This document shows positions 1-10,914 of a DNA stretch of 26,835 nucleotides, one piece after another (positions within the stretch are counted from its first letter, which is position 1; the number at the start of each line of letters is the position of its first letter). Position numbers and translations under genes: made by a program. Origin of the DNA: Octopus sinensis (Eukaryota); the NCBI RefSeq assembly GCF_006345805.1, contig NW_021833334.1:1-26835 (forward strand), given 5' to 3'. The notes below the pieces were generated by a model. It saw only the letters and a program-made list of their open reading frames with translations. It searched no databases and had not been told where the DNA came from.

Positions 1-87
1 GACTTGATAAGTGCCAACACACGAAATACTCGACCTGAGTCACCTGTTGCTTCTGCAAAATATTAATAAAAAAAATATACATACATA

Positions 88-490
88 GGCGCAGGAGTGG
101 CTGGGTGGTAAGTAGCTTGCTAACCAACCACATGGTTCCGGTTCAGTCCCCACTGCGTGGCATCTTGGGCAAGTGTCTTCTGCTATAGCCCCGGGCCGAC
201 CAATGCCTTGTGAGTGGATTTGGTAGACGGAACTGAAAGAAGCCTGTCGTATATATGTATATATATATGTGTGTGTGTGTGTTTGTGTGTCTGTGTGTTT
301 GTCCCTCTATATTTCTTGACAACCGATGATGGTGTGTTTACGTCCCCCCGTCACTTAGCGGTTCGGCAAAAGAGACCGATAGAATAAGTACTGGCTTACA
401 AAGAATACGTCCCGGGGTCGAGTTGCTAGATTTAGGCGGTGCTCCAGCGTGGCCGCAGTCAAATGACTGAAACAAGTAAAATAAAAAGAA
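88..490 (+). mobile_element. SINE family A, full length (tRNA-like head, internal (TA)n(TG)n, 3' tail)
   Basis: Head GGCGCAGGAGTGGCTGGGTGGTAAG...GGTTCAGTCC (A/B-box-like), then a CORE-like TCTTGGGCAAGTGTCTT, a microsatellite at about 246-295, and a tail ending GAAACAAGTAAAATAAAAAG. The same layout recurs many times in this window. Confidence 0.9.
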
Positions 491-813
491 GATACTCACA
501 CACACACACACCACACACATTTACACCTGCATACCTACATACATGTGTCTGTGCGTTGTATGTGTTGTGGTGGGGTCCGGTGTGGGTGTGCGCCGACTCC
601 CCAACGGAATCTAAGCCTGCCAAATGACATCGTGTCATGCGTAGATCTCATCACCGATAAATCATTCATTATTATCTTCCAACGGTTATCAGATCTGTCA
701 CCCATATTCACCTATTCCTCCCACCCCAACACTTCGCGGCATCATTATTTCATCACCAACTTCTCTATTGAAATTCTTTATGTTTATATCACCCTTGTGG
801 CTAATATAAAGCC

Positions 814-838
814 ATTATTATTATTATTATTATTATTA

Positions 839-896
<58 letters not shown>
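814..896. repeat. (ATT)n microsatellite
   Basis: Directly visible. It abuts the 3' end of the minus-strand R4/Dong-like fragment. Confidence 0.97.
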
Positions 897-898
<2 letters not shown>

Positions 899-1317
899 GT
901 TCGACTTTTTCTTTAATTTGTGCACGTTGTCTTCAAGTCTCACCCAGGGACCTCAGAGACAACAATATTGGGATTCATGTTGGTTATGCCTTTGGTTTTA
1001 TGTACTTAGTGTTGTAACTTAGTGAATGTCTACTAATAACCATAGAAAATTAATGTTTTTTTTTAAAACTGAGATTCACCCAAGAAAGTATTTTGTTAGG
1101 ATAGTGAGCAGCTCCCATGATCACTATCTTTTGAATTTCTTTCTTTTTTTCTGCCATTTTTGGGTGTCCTGGTATCTGAGTTAGGTAGCAATCAGCCTCT
1201 TTTGCTATCATTCCCAGGGCATCCATGACAACGGTATCGTTTTAGGTCTTCAGGTTCCACATTTTTAAAAACCCAATTCTATTTCCAGATCTTTATATTT
1301 GCTCAGTTTTTGGTAGG
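897..1317 (-). mobile_element. 5'-truncated R4/Dong-like non-LTR retrotransposon 3' end (decayed C-terminus of the REL endonuclease region plus 3' UTR)
   Basis: Manual minus-strand translation across frameshifts gives QKLSKYKDLEIE...KMWNLKT...VVMDALGMIAKEADCYLTQIPGHPKMAE...EIQKIVIMGAAH. This is homologous to the 18272-18620 fragment and typical of R4-clade C-termini. (TAA)n flanks both sides. Confidence 0.85.
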
Positions 1318-1318
<1 letters not shown>

Positions 1319-1356
<38 letters not shown>

Positions 1357-1395
1357 TATTATTATTATTATTATTATTAATAATAATAATAATAT
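1319..1395. repeat. (TTA)n switching to (TAA)n
   Basis: Directly visible. The orientation flips at about 1379. Confidence 0.95.
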
Positions 1396-1401
1396 TTTAA
1401 T

Positions 1402-1592
1402 AGCGGAAGCTGATAAAATCGTTTGAACGTCGGACAATATACTTAGCAATATTACTTCCGTCTTTAAGGTTTCAGATTAAATTTCGTCGAGGGTGCCCTG
1501 GCTTTTAATCCTACCGGAATCGATAGAATAAGTATCCGCTGAGCATATGGGGTCGATGTAATCGACAACCCCCAGTATTCTAGTAGAAAGGA
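1402..1592 (+). mobile_element. SINE family B, old diverged copy
   Basis: Degenerate match to the copies at 14507 and 25241: GGGGTCGATGTAATCGAC, ending AGTAGAAAGG before a simple-repeat tail. Confidence 0.7.
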
Positions 1593-1818
1593 TTCTTCTT
1601 CTTCCTCCTCCTCCTCCTCTTCTCTTGTTGTTGTTGTTGCTCTTCTTCTTCTTCTTTCTCTTCTTCTTCTTCTTCTTCTTCTTCTTCTTTTTCTTCTTCC
1701 TCCTCCTCCTCCCCTTCTCTTGTTGTTGTTGTTGCTCTTCTTCTTCTTCTTTCTCTTCTTCTTCTTCTTCTTCTTCTTCTTCTTTTTCTTCTTTGTCTTC
1801 TTCTTCTTCGTATTTTGC

Positions 1819-1849
<31 letters not shown>

Positions 1850-1858
1850 GCTGTTGCT
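1593..1858. repeat. Compound (CTT)/(CCT)/(TTG) microsatellite with a 95-bp tandem duplication
   Basis: TCTCTTGTTGTTG... starts at both 1621 and 1716 with the same interruptions. Confidence 0.92.
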
Positions 1859-2168
1859 TTTATTTGTGTTTCGATGCGAAAGGCTACGTGGAAATCAGAA
1901 TTATTTAAATTCAAATTAATAACTACCAACATGAATTGCCTTTTTTTGAAATCATTACCTTTTCTTTGGATTAATTAACAACACAGTGGATTTATGCAAC
2001 GTCGGCTTGTCTACCCCTGTACCTGACGCAGACAGAAGGTCTGCTTTAGTCGCCATTTTAATTCTCTCTTCGGAATGTTACTGCGTTTATACAGAAACAG
2101 CAACAAGAGAGGCATCCACAAAGCAGTCTTTTAATCTTTGAACGCAGAAATATAAATCTTATACAACA

Positions 2169-2330
2169 GGCGAAGGCGTGGCTATGTGGTGAGAAGCTTG
2201 TTTCCCAACAACATGGTTCCGGTTTCAATTCCACTGTGTGCCACCTTGGCAAGTGTCTTCTGTTATAGCCTCGCGCCGACCAAATCTTTGTGAGCTGAAT
2301 TGGGACATAGAAACAGAAAGAAGCCCGTCC
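2169..2330 (+). mobile_element. SINE family A, head half only
   Basis: GGCGAAGGCGTGGCTATGTGGTGAGAAGC...GAAAGAAGCCCGTC followed by (TATG)n. No tail half is found downstream. Confidence 0.85.
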
Positions 2331-2334
2331 CATA

Positions 2335-2541
2335 TATATGTATGTATATATGTACGTATGTATGTATGTATGTATGCATGTATGTACGTACGCATGTATG
2401 TATGTATGTATGTATGTATGTATGTATGTATGTATGTATGTATGTATGTATGTATGTACGTACGCATGTATGTATGTATGTATGTATGTACGTATGTATG
2501 TATGTATGTATGTATGTATGTATGTATGTATGTATGTATGT
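2335..2541. repeat. (TATG)n microsatellite
   Basis: Directly visible. Confidence 0.97.
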
Positions 2542-2572
2542 ACTAGGGAAAAACCCTCAAATAGACGGGACC
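2541..2572 (+). mobile_element. Possible Helitron/HINE-like terminus fragment
   Basis: TACTAG followed by an imperfect subterminal hairpin CCC(-)TC-AAATA-GACGGG. No matching other end is seen. Confidence 0.25.
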
Positions 2573-3707
2573 CAGATATGTATTATCTGGCAGAGGAATA
2601 AAAAAGTAATCTTGGCAGAGATGTGTGACAAAGAAAATGCGCAAATCCTTTTAAGTTTATATCAAAGATCAGGTTTTTAAATACGCTCATCACAAACACA
2701 ATTTGCAGAACAGAAAAAATTCATTTCAATTGGATTTGAGTTGTAATTTTGCGCGTGCACACAGCAAGAAATACCATAATTCGTACAGAAGCTTTACTTA
2801 AAATATATGTGCGCTTACATAAATACACGTACATATGCACGTACATAAATACACATGCATACATTTTTTTTATATGTACGTGTTCGTGTGCGTGTGCATG
2901 TGAAAGAGAGAAAGTGAGTGACACACAGACTCTCGCTCTATATAGATGATATGCAGCTTTCTTTATTATAGTACAGATCCAACTAATTCGGAGAAACATT
3001 ACTTTCATTATTCATACATCGTCGCTTGCGTAATGCAACACTATGCAATTTCGGTTCAAATTCAAGTTGTGAAACTATTTTCACTTTCTAATGAAACCTG
3101 ATCAATGTAGAGCTGTGTCTTTCAAATGACTATAGTTGGTTATTGAGATAACATGGAAAAAATGTAAATGAAAATAAAGTTTATTTGGTAGCCGAAAGAT
3201 TACTGAATCTTTTGATACCCCATACGTCAAAATCGGCAACTCAGTTTCCAAATGAATAAAGAACATACGCACAGACACAGACACAGACACAGACACAGAC
3301 ACACACACACACACACCACACACAAACACACAAACTCTTTTTTAAATATAGAGGTATATATATAGTACACCACACACACACACACACATACACATATAGT
3401 GAAAGTGATGCTTGGGTGTTGGAGTCAAAATACCCGTTTCTTGGGCGGGGAGGTTTTTCTTGAGCCAGATACTTCATCGTTTGTTCATGATTAATATTTA
3501 TAGAATATAGTGAGTGAGTGAGTGAGTGAGTGAGTGAGCGCGAGAGGGCGTGGGTGAGTGAGAGTGTGAAGGATAGAGTGAGTTGTTGAGTGAGGGATTA
3601 GATAGTTGAAAGAGAGAGAAAAGGTACAGTCACTGAACCATTCTAACAGACAGAATACTGAGTGGAACCGAGAGAGAGAGGGAGAGGGAGGGAGGGAGAA
3701 GCAGGTT

Positions 3708-3929
3708 CTTTTATTTTTTTATTCTTTTATTTGTTTCAGTCATTTGACAGCGGCCATGCTGGAGCACCGCCTTCAGTCGAACAAATCGACCCGCAGGATT
3801 TTATTCTTTGTAAGCCTGCCTAGTATTTATTTATCGGTCTCTTTTGCCGAACCGCTTGTTTACGGGGACATGAACACAACAACATCAGTTGTCAAATGAT
3901 GGGGGGAGAGGGCAAACACAGACACAGAA

Positions 3930-3993
<64 letters not shown>

Positions 3994-4157
3994 CGACGGG
4001 TTTCTTCCAGTTTCCGTCTACCAAATCCACTCACGAGGCTTTGGTCGGCCCGAGGCTATAGTAAAAGACACTTGCTCAAGGTGGCACGCATGGGGACTGA
4101 ACCTGGAACCATGTGGGTGGTAAGCAAGCTAGTTACCACATAGCCACTCATACGCCT
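3708..4157 (-). mobile_element. SINE family A, full length
   Basis: Reverse complement of the head, internal (CA)n(TA)n and tail seen at 88-490. Confidence 0.92.
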
Positions 4158-4191
4158 AAATAAATAAATATAAATATATATATATACATTT

Positions 4192-4253
<62 letters not shown>

Positions 4254-4734
4254 AATATATGGTATTACAGTTTATAACAAAATAGAACGACCATGGTTTC
4301 TTTCCGAGTCTATTTCGGTGCCTTTCAGCTGCTGTCTGTTAGACCCGGCCGGGGCTTCACCACAGCTGACACACATCTATCTCCTGGACTTTACAGCTAT
4401 CATTCAACTTCAAAATAGTTGTTTATTCCAGATTTCATCATTTTTCCTCGCCCCATCCAGCAACCACCAGCACCATCAGCACCACCAGTACCCGCCCACC
4501 ACCACCACCACCACCACCACTACCATCACCACACTTCTTGTTTATCTAAAGTGGATCAACAGTTATATATTCTTTATAGGGATGCCACGCCTCATTACCC
4601 CACCTCACCTTACCCCCACCCACTCCACCCTACCCTATCGCTACCCCCGTTTCATCCCTCCCTATCTACCCCCTATATATTTCGGGCTTGTGTGAATCTA
4701 TTTTTACTGGGATTTTCGGCTACCTTATTTTTCT

Positions 4735-4885
4735 TTTCCTTTTTACATGCTTCTGTCGTTGGACTGCGCCTATGCTGGGGCAACGACATGAAGAGGTTTA
4801 GTCAATTAAGACGTCCCGAGAATTTATTTTGAGAGTCTTTTGCTGAAGCGCTAAGTTATTGGGAGGCAAACAAACAAACGCCGGT
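4735..4885 (-). mobile_element. SINE family A-related tail, old degenerate fragment
   Basis: GGACTGCGCCTATGCTGGGGCAAC...TTTTGCTGAAGCGCTAAGTTA resembles the reverse-strand tail GACAGCGGCCATGCTGGAGCACC...TTTTGCCGAACCGC at 3745-3856. Confidence 0.6.
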
Positions 4886-4919
4886 TTTTAAACGCTTACA
4901 GATATGCACAAATATAAAG

Positions 4920-4941
4920 ACATGCATACATATAAATACTG

Positions 4942-4976
<35 letters not shown>

Positions 4977-5240
4977 TATATATATATATATATTATATAT
5001 ATGTATATGTATATGTGTGTGTGTTAGATAGAAATGACAGATAGATACACGGACAGATAGCAACACATAAATACACACACACACACACACATATATGCAT
5101 CATTATACATATAAATATAAATATACATGTACATCTATCCGTATCTATAAAGTTACCTTTTTCTCTCTCTCTCTCTCTCTCTCTCACTTTCTCTCTCTCT
5201 CTCTCTCTCTCACTTTCTCTCTCTCTCTCTCTCTCTCTCT
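4920..5240. repeat. Compound (CA)n/(TA)n/(CT)n microsatellites
   Basis: Directly visible. Confidence 0.9.
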
Positions 5241-5439
5241 TCTTGTTTTCAAAACTGTACCAAAATTAGGAACAATTATAAAGGAAAGAATAGAAGCTCT
5301 TTTACAGTCTTTCCAGTTTTGTCTCTTGTTCCCACCCGATTCGGAGTTCCTGTAAAAGTTTATTGGTAGAGCGTTCTTCAAATTAAAATTAAAAGACTAT
5401 ATACCTAAATATACATACATAAATAAATATATACATATA

Positions 5440-5603
5440 GGCGTAGGAGTGGCTGTGCGGTAAGTAGCTTGCTTACGAATCACATGATTCTGGGTTCAGT
5501 CCCACTGCGTGGCACCTTGGGCAAGTGCCTACTACTAATAGCCTCAGACCAACCAAAGCTTGTGAGTGGATTTGGTAGACGGAACTGAAAGAAGCCCGTT
5601 GTA

Positions 5604-5656
<53 letters not shown>

Positions 5657-5870
5657 CTTATGCATGTGTGTATATGTTTGTGTGTCTGTATTTGTCCCCC
5701 CAACAACCAATGGTGGTGTATTTATATCCCCGTAACGTAGCGATCGATAGAATAACTACTAGGCTTCCAAAGAATAAGTCCTGGGGTTGATTTGCTCGAC
5801 TAAAGGCGGTGCTCCAGCATGGCCACAATCAAATGACTGAAACATGAAAAAAAATAAAAGAGTAAAAGAG
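5440..5870 (+). mobile_element. SINE family A, full length
   Basis: GGCGTAGGAGTGGCTGTGCGGTAAG head, (TA)n at about 5600-5655, and a tail ending TAAAAGAGTAAAAGAG. Confidence 0.93.
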
Positions 5871-6519
5871 TATACTTACACACACACACATACATACACA
5901 CGCACACATACACACACACGCACACATAAAGAGAGATACGTATATATACTTATATACACATAAACATATATAAGACATACACACACACACACACACATTC
6001 AGAGTGTTCTAAAATTATTTTCTGTTTTCTTTTCCCTTCTTTAACTCTATTCGTTTTTATGTTCTTCGTTACAATGGTGGTTTCTTCACTTGTTTAACAG
6101 ACAACGTCATTGCGAAATTCTGCGAAGAATTTTTAGCCGGAACAATTGTTTAATTGTATAAAAATTTGGTAACATCAAGATTGAGTAAATTAACTTGTCT
6201 AAACGAAAGCAGACAAGATCTCTACCTGAACCTATCTTCGAGATAAAAACACCTTTTTTAAATGCTGCTCTTCGAGAACATATCTAAGACATAACAACAC
6301 CGTTTTAATGGCGCTCTTTTATAAACATTGAACAGCGGTGCTTTTTTTATGCAAATTGGATTTTCCCCGCCGTCAACGACATCAGCGTCATCACTCGCGG
6401 CTTATCACTTTTCAACGATGCCAATAAAACAATTAGCTCTCTGCAAATTTCCCATTACAGATCCTCTAAGCTGTTGACATAGGCAAAAAATAGATTAACG
6501 GAGCTCCCAGACACAGCCT

Positions 6520-6972
6520 TATACATACATAAATACATATATAGACACGTACGTACGTACATACATACATACATACATACATACGTACATACATAGGTAC
6601 ATACATAATACATACATACATACATACATACATACAAAGATACATATACATGCATATATATATATGCATACAAACATACATACATAAATACAAACATACA
6701 TGCAAGCATACATACATACATACATATATAACATATATGCGTACATACACACACACATATATACACGTACATAAACACGTATACGAACAAATACACACAC
6801 ATGCACACACATTTATAAGTGTACATATCTACTACGCACATATGTATGTATGCATGTATGTATATATATATATGTATATATATATATTATATATATACAT
6901 ACATAAATATATCACATATATATAATATATATATATATGTCAAATATATATATGTATACCATATATATAACA

Positions 6973-7005
<33 letters not shown>

Positions 7006-7075
7006 ACGCAAACACAGATACATTTACCACACCCACACAGACATACCTACACACACACACACACGTACGTGTGTC
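6520..7075. repeat. (TACA)n/(TA)n/(CA)n compound microsatellite
   Basis: Directly visible. Confidence 0.92.
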
Positions 7076-7339
7076 TTTTTACCAAAGCGTTGAGTTTTCT
7101 CTGTTTTCTTTGCATCTATCTTAATTCTCTGTTGTTTATTCCCGAAGATAACCGTCTTAAGCGAACAAGACACACAGACACGATGTCTGCTGTGACCATT
7201 CTTTGTTTTTTACTATCGAACTCGCTTCTAAATTGTTACTTTAGTTTCTTTTTGCTGTTGTTTTTTTCTTTTTCTTTTTCTTTTATCTTGTCAGTATTTT
7301 TTCTTAATAATACACGAATACATCAAAGAAGCCGCTGAC

Positions 7340-7723
7340 ACGCGCTCGCACACACACACACACACATACGCATGCACATGTGGTATATAATGTGTGTGTG
7401 TGTGTGTGGTTATCGAATAAGTATGAATACATATCTATAGAGATAATGAGATAAAATGTGAATGTATGCTTACAAAAATATACACATACACGTAATTACA
7501 TAAATATGTCATATGTGCATGCATATATTTGTATGTATACACACACACACACACACAGACAGACAGACACCCACACACACACACGTATATATTTATAAAT
7601 TAATAATTGTGACTGTTTCTTGGAAGTTTCGCCGTTTCTACTACACACGACAGCAATAAACATCAAGACATGCATATAAATATACATATTAATACATACA
7701 TACACACACACACAGATATATAC

Positions 7724-7769
<46 letters not shown>

Positions 7770-7945
7770 TAGATATTTATGTGTTTGTTGAGCAATGCAA
7801 AAAGGTATGGGGACACTTAACTCTTTCATATAAAAGCATAACGCACACGAACAGCCGCTCCTACAAAATACAGCATGTACGCACACACTCTAACACACAC
7901 ACACACACACCACACACACACACACATACACACACATACATGCAC

Positions 7946-7976
<31 letters not shown>

Positions 7977-8025
7977 TACACATACACACATACACACACA
8001 CACGCGCACCATTCATAGTGCCTAA
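7340..8025. repeat. (CA)n/(TG)n/(TA)n microsatellite cluster with short unique spacers
   Basis: Directly visible. Confidence 0.85.
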
Positions 8026-8149
8026 CATATATATTAATAGGGTTATGAATTCATATACTTACATTAAGTACCCCTTCGACAGTGACAATATCCCTTTTGT
8101 CCTAAACCCTCCACTCCTTTTAGATACTAAAATGCCGTTTCATACTGTT

Positions 8150-8176
8150 ATTTGTTGTTGTTATTGTTGTTGTTGG

Positions 8177-8253
<77 letters not shown>
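8150..8253. repeat. (TTG)n/(TTA)n microsatellite
   Basis: Directly visible. Confidence 0.95.
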
Positions 8254-8387
8254 TTAGCACGCCGGGCGAAATGCATAGCTGTATTTCGTCTGCGCTATAA
8301 GTTCAAATCTCTCCGAGGTCGACTTGGCTTTTTCTACTTTCGGGGCTGATATAAGAATACCCATTTAAAACTGGGGTCGATGTAACC
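8254..8387 (+). mobile_element. SINE family B fragment (5' end lost)
   Basis: TTAGCACGCCGGGCGAAATGCATAGCTGTATTTCGTCTG...GAGGTCGAC...CTGGGGTCGATGTAA matches the 14507 and 25241 copies. Confidence 0.85.
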
Positions 8388-8444
8388 AAATACTTTCAGC
8401 CACCCAATGCTGTACTTGAAAAAGAAAAAAAAAAAGAGAAAGCG

Positions 8445-9360
8445 TTTAGAAACGGCAATGGGACTGAGAGACTTGCAACGACGTACGTCTTTGACTAATT
8501 CTTCAACGCCAAACATCAATGGCTGCCTTGTCAGAGCTAAGGCATTTGATAGATTCGGTTGTCGGACATATCGATTGCCCTTCCAGCAGTTAGTTTCGGC
8601 CCGTTTTCAGGGACTAGTTGGTGGCCGCAAAGAAGAGACAAAAACTGCCCTGTATTTATGTTGCATGGACACCTAACAGAAGCATTGAGTTTCATGTGCT
8701 CGAACCATCGAAGTGGTCTCCTATCGTCTCTTCTGTATGTCTGACTCTTGATCGACTTCTGGCGGAAACTAGAGATATTGAAGAACATCCCTTGCCAACG
8801 AAGAATCATTGAAATGAGTCATTGGCGATGTACTATGAGGTCCTTGTGTGACTCTTGAGCCTGGCCAATGATTTGCACGTTCTATTACATAATGCACAGC
8901 TGTAGTGGCCGGCCGAAGGAGCAGGTGCCACAATATGAACTCTTTTCACATGCCTTTTTAATCCTCTATCTGAAAGGCACCCTTTTCGACAGGCTGCACA
9001 CGTTCTTTTGTGAACAACAGCCATATCACAGTTTACAATGGACTGATATCTGTGAGTTCTCTGATGCCTGACCAGAGCTGCATAACTCAAGGATTTCTTC
9101 CCATAAATAACACACATAAAAAGCAACACTCCTTCGTTTTGCCACAACTTCATTCTTTCTAAGCCTTCTCTCGATCTTCTCGTATACGTGTTGTGTCTGT
9201 GTTTGACCCAACAAATTTTGGTGTCTTTGCGCTCCTGTAGCTTAACGTTTCTGCAAATGAGGCCCACAGAAATAAGTACAAGAGTTAAAAATGCACTGAG
9301 GTCCTTTTGTTCGACGAAATCCTCCAAGACACCAGCATGGCCAGAGTCCAATGACACCAA
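8445..9360 (-). mobile_element. Probable decayed LINE (RTE-like) 3' end: ORF2 C-terminus with three C2H2-type fingers plus 3' UTR
   Basis: ORF 8833-9360 encodes C-x2-Y-GKKSLSYAALVRHQRTH, CAACRKGCLSDRGLKRHVKRVH and CALCNRTCKSLARLKSHTRT, with no TGEKP linkers. An overlapping frame (9026-9214) gives the basic helix VYEKIERRLRK that typically precedes LINE C-terminal fingers, implying a frameshift. Boundaries are approximate. Confidence 0.6.
8833..9114 (-). pseudogene. Three-C2H2-finger coding segment (first finger has Cys>Tyr, third lacks the final His)
   Basis: Read directly from the ORF-track protein 8833..9360. Confidence 0.75.
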
Positions 9361-9659
9361 AAAAAAAAAAAAAAGATATCAAATAAAAATTATTATTTAA
9401 TTTCGGGCAACTTTGATATCATGAAGTTAATACTGTAGGAAGATTTTGTGCAACAGGAAGCAAAGATCTCGTTCCCACAGGTCTTGCTGCATGTATTCTG
9501 GTTGAAATAGGTTATGTAAGCGGCCCCAAATCGAGAGAATCTGCAGATATAATGTTATGGTATTTTGATAATGAGGACGCTATTTATAGCATACGTAGGT
9601 ATGTATGTATTTATATATGCACGTTGTTATGCATATAGGCATTTATGTATAGAAGCATA

Positions 9660-9685
9660 CACACATGCACACATACATACATACA

Positions 9686-9718
<33 letters not shown>

Positions 9719-9853
9719 GTGTGTTAGGTATATGTGACCGTATTTGGTTTGGTGTAAGTATATATATAACCATATATTAGAATTCGGGGGAGTACTTATA
9801 TATATATTATATATATTATATATACATATGGATATATATATATATATAGTATC

Positions 9854-9886
<33 letters not shown>

Positions 9887-9908
9887 ATATATATATATTA
9901 TATATATC

Positions 9909-9943
<35 letters not shown>

Positions 9944-10095
9944 TATATATATATTATATATATATGTATGTGTGTGATCGATTTACCTATCTATCTATTT
10001 ATCTAGCTATCTCTTTCCTTCTCTTTTTCATTGTTTATATATATAGTATATATATATCTTTATATAGATATAATATATATATACTATAGTCTATA
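9660..10095. repeat. (TACA)n and long imperfect (TA)n
   Basis: Directly visible. Confidence 0.92.
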
Positions 10096-10636
10096 TATCA
10101 TAGATTACATAACCTACATTCATTCATGTATAATATGATGTTATGTATATTTTATTATATACCTTAGCTAAAAAAAAAGGGCTCGACGTTTTTGTGAATA
10201 TGATAAAGTTCTGTCACTAGTAACCGGCGCTCCAAATTAACCTCTCTTTGATAGAAAAAATTGTCGTAATCCGATATGGCGCCACAATTAACTCTTTATC
10301 TTTTGTCGAGAATGAATGGAAACACAAGAAATAAAAGAACTAAGTGGGGAAAAAATGGAAATAACCATAACAGAGATGGAAGAATTCTTAATCTGATAAA
10401 AAACATGAAGGAAATATCTATCTAAAAATGAAAACAATGAGGAAAACAAGAATAAAATCGTTATTTGTGCTGTGTACTACGTGACCTGAAACGATGGTTT
10501 GCTTAGTTATACTCCAAATGTTTGGGTAGATTCGAACGTGAATATGCTTGTCGTTGTTGTTTATGTCACAGGAGAACAGCTGTCTGTTTGCCGACGTCAC
10601 TGTGTTCGTAACGTCCTCTGCCCATTGGTGCAAGGA

Positions 10637-10682
10637 TACTGGGACACCGGTGTTTCGACGTTTTATGTGTCGTCAGTCAATA
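10637..10682 (-). ncRNA. Degenerate type I hammerhead ribozyme motif (Penelope-like)
   Basis: The minus strand reads UAUUGA-CUGACGA-CACAUAAAACGUC-GAA-ACACCGGUGU-C-CCAGUA. It has the intact core, a perfect palindromic stem III, a GUC cleavage triplet and a 5-bp stem I. There is one mismatch at each of the stem I and stem II closing pairs. Confidence 0.65.
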
Positions 10683-10914
10683 AGAAAGATGGAAAATATT
10701 AGGGCTTTTATTGTGACCAATCTATTATGTAACAATATTGTTACGATGATACGAAGGAGATACAGATCGGCCGATTGGCTGCTAGAAAAAGCAGCTAAAT
10801 TTCCGACAGTATAAAGGTCTAATGTTACCTGTGGCTTCTACTATAGCGTCTCGATGACCAATATCTTATGACTATTCACTGGAATTGGTCGATCGAAACT
10901 GCTGAAGCCCGTAA

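Noticed and set aside
1477-1978. Poly-E/K/Q and poly-F/S ORFs, and the similar poly-M/I/N/H/L ORFs elsewhere in the window
   Set aside because: They are trinucleotide microsatellite artefacts.
4432-4550. Pro/His-rich frame after TTTATTCCAG (possible exon, PIQQPPAPSAPPVPAHHHHHHHH)
   Set aside because: The poly-His comes from a (CAC)n repeat, the donor site is weak, and there is no recognisable domain.
8537-8809. RRPLRWFEHMK and MSDNRI resembling the LINE RT-thumb LRWxGH motif
   Set aside because: It lies downstream of the finger ORF's stop, which is the wrong order for ORF2. It is treated as 3' UTR or chance.
10548-10814. ORF segment CLFADVTVFV...FIVTN resembling strands of dynamin/mitofusin-like GTPases; also DVAILFAAES...VIVTMNKI near 11810-11895
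   Set aside because: No P-loop or DxxG motif was found, the resemblance is short, and the first segment overlaps the antisense hammerhead, which explains the region better.
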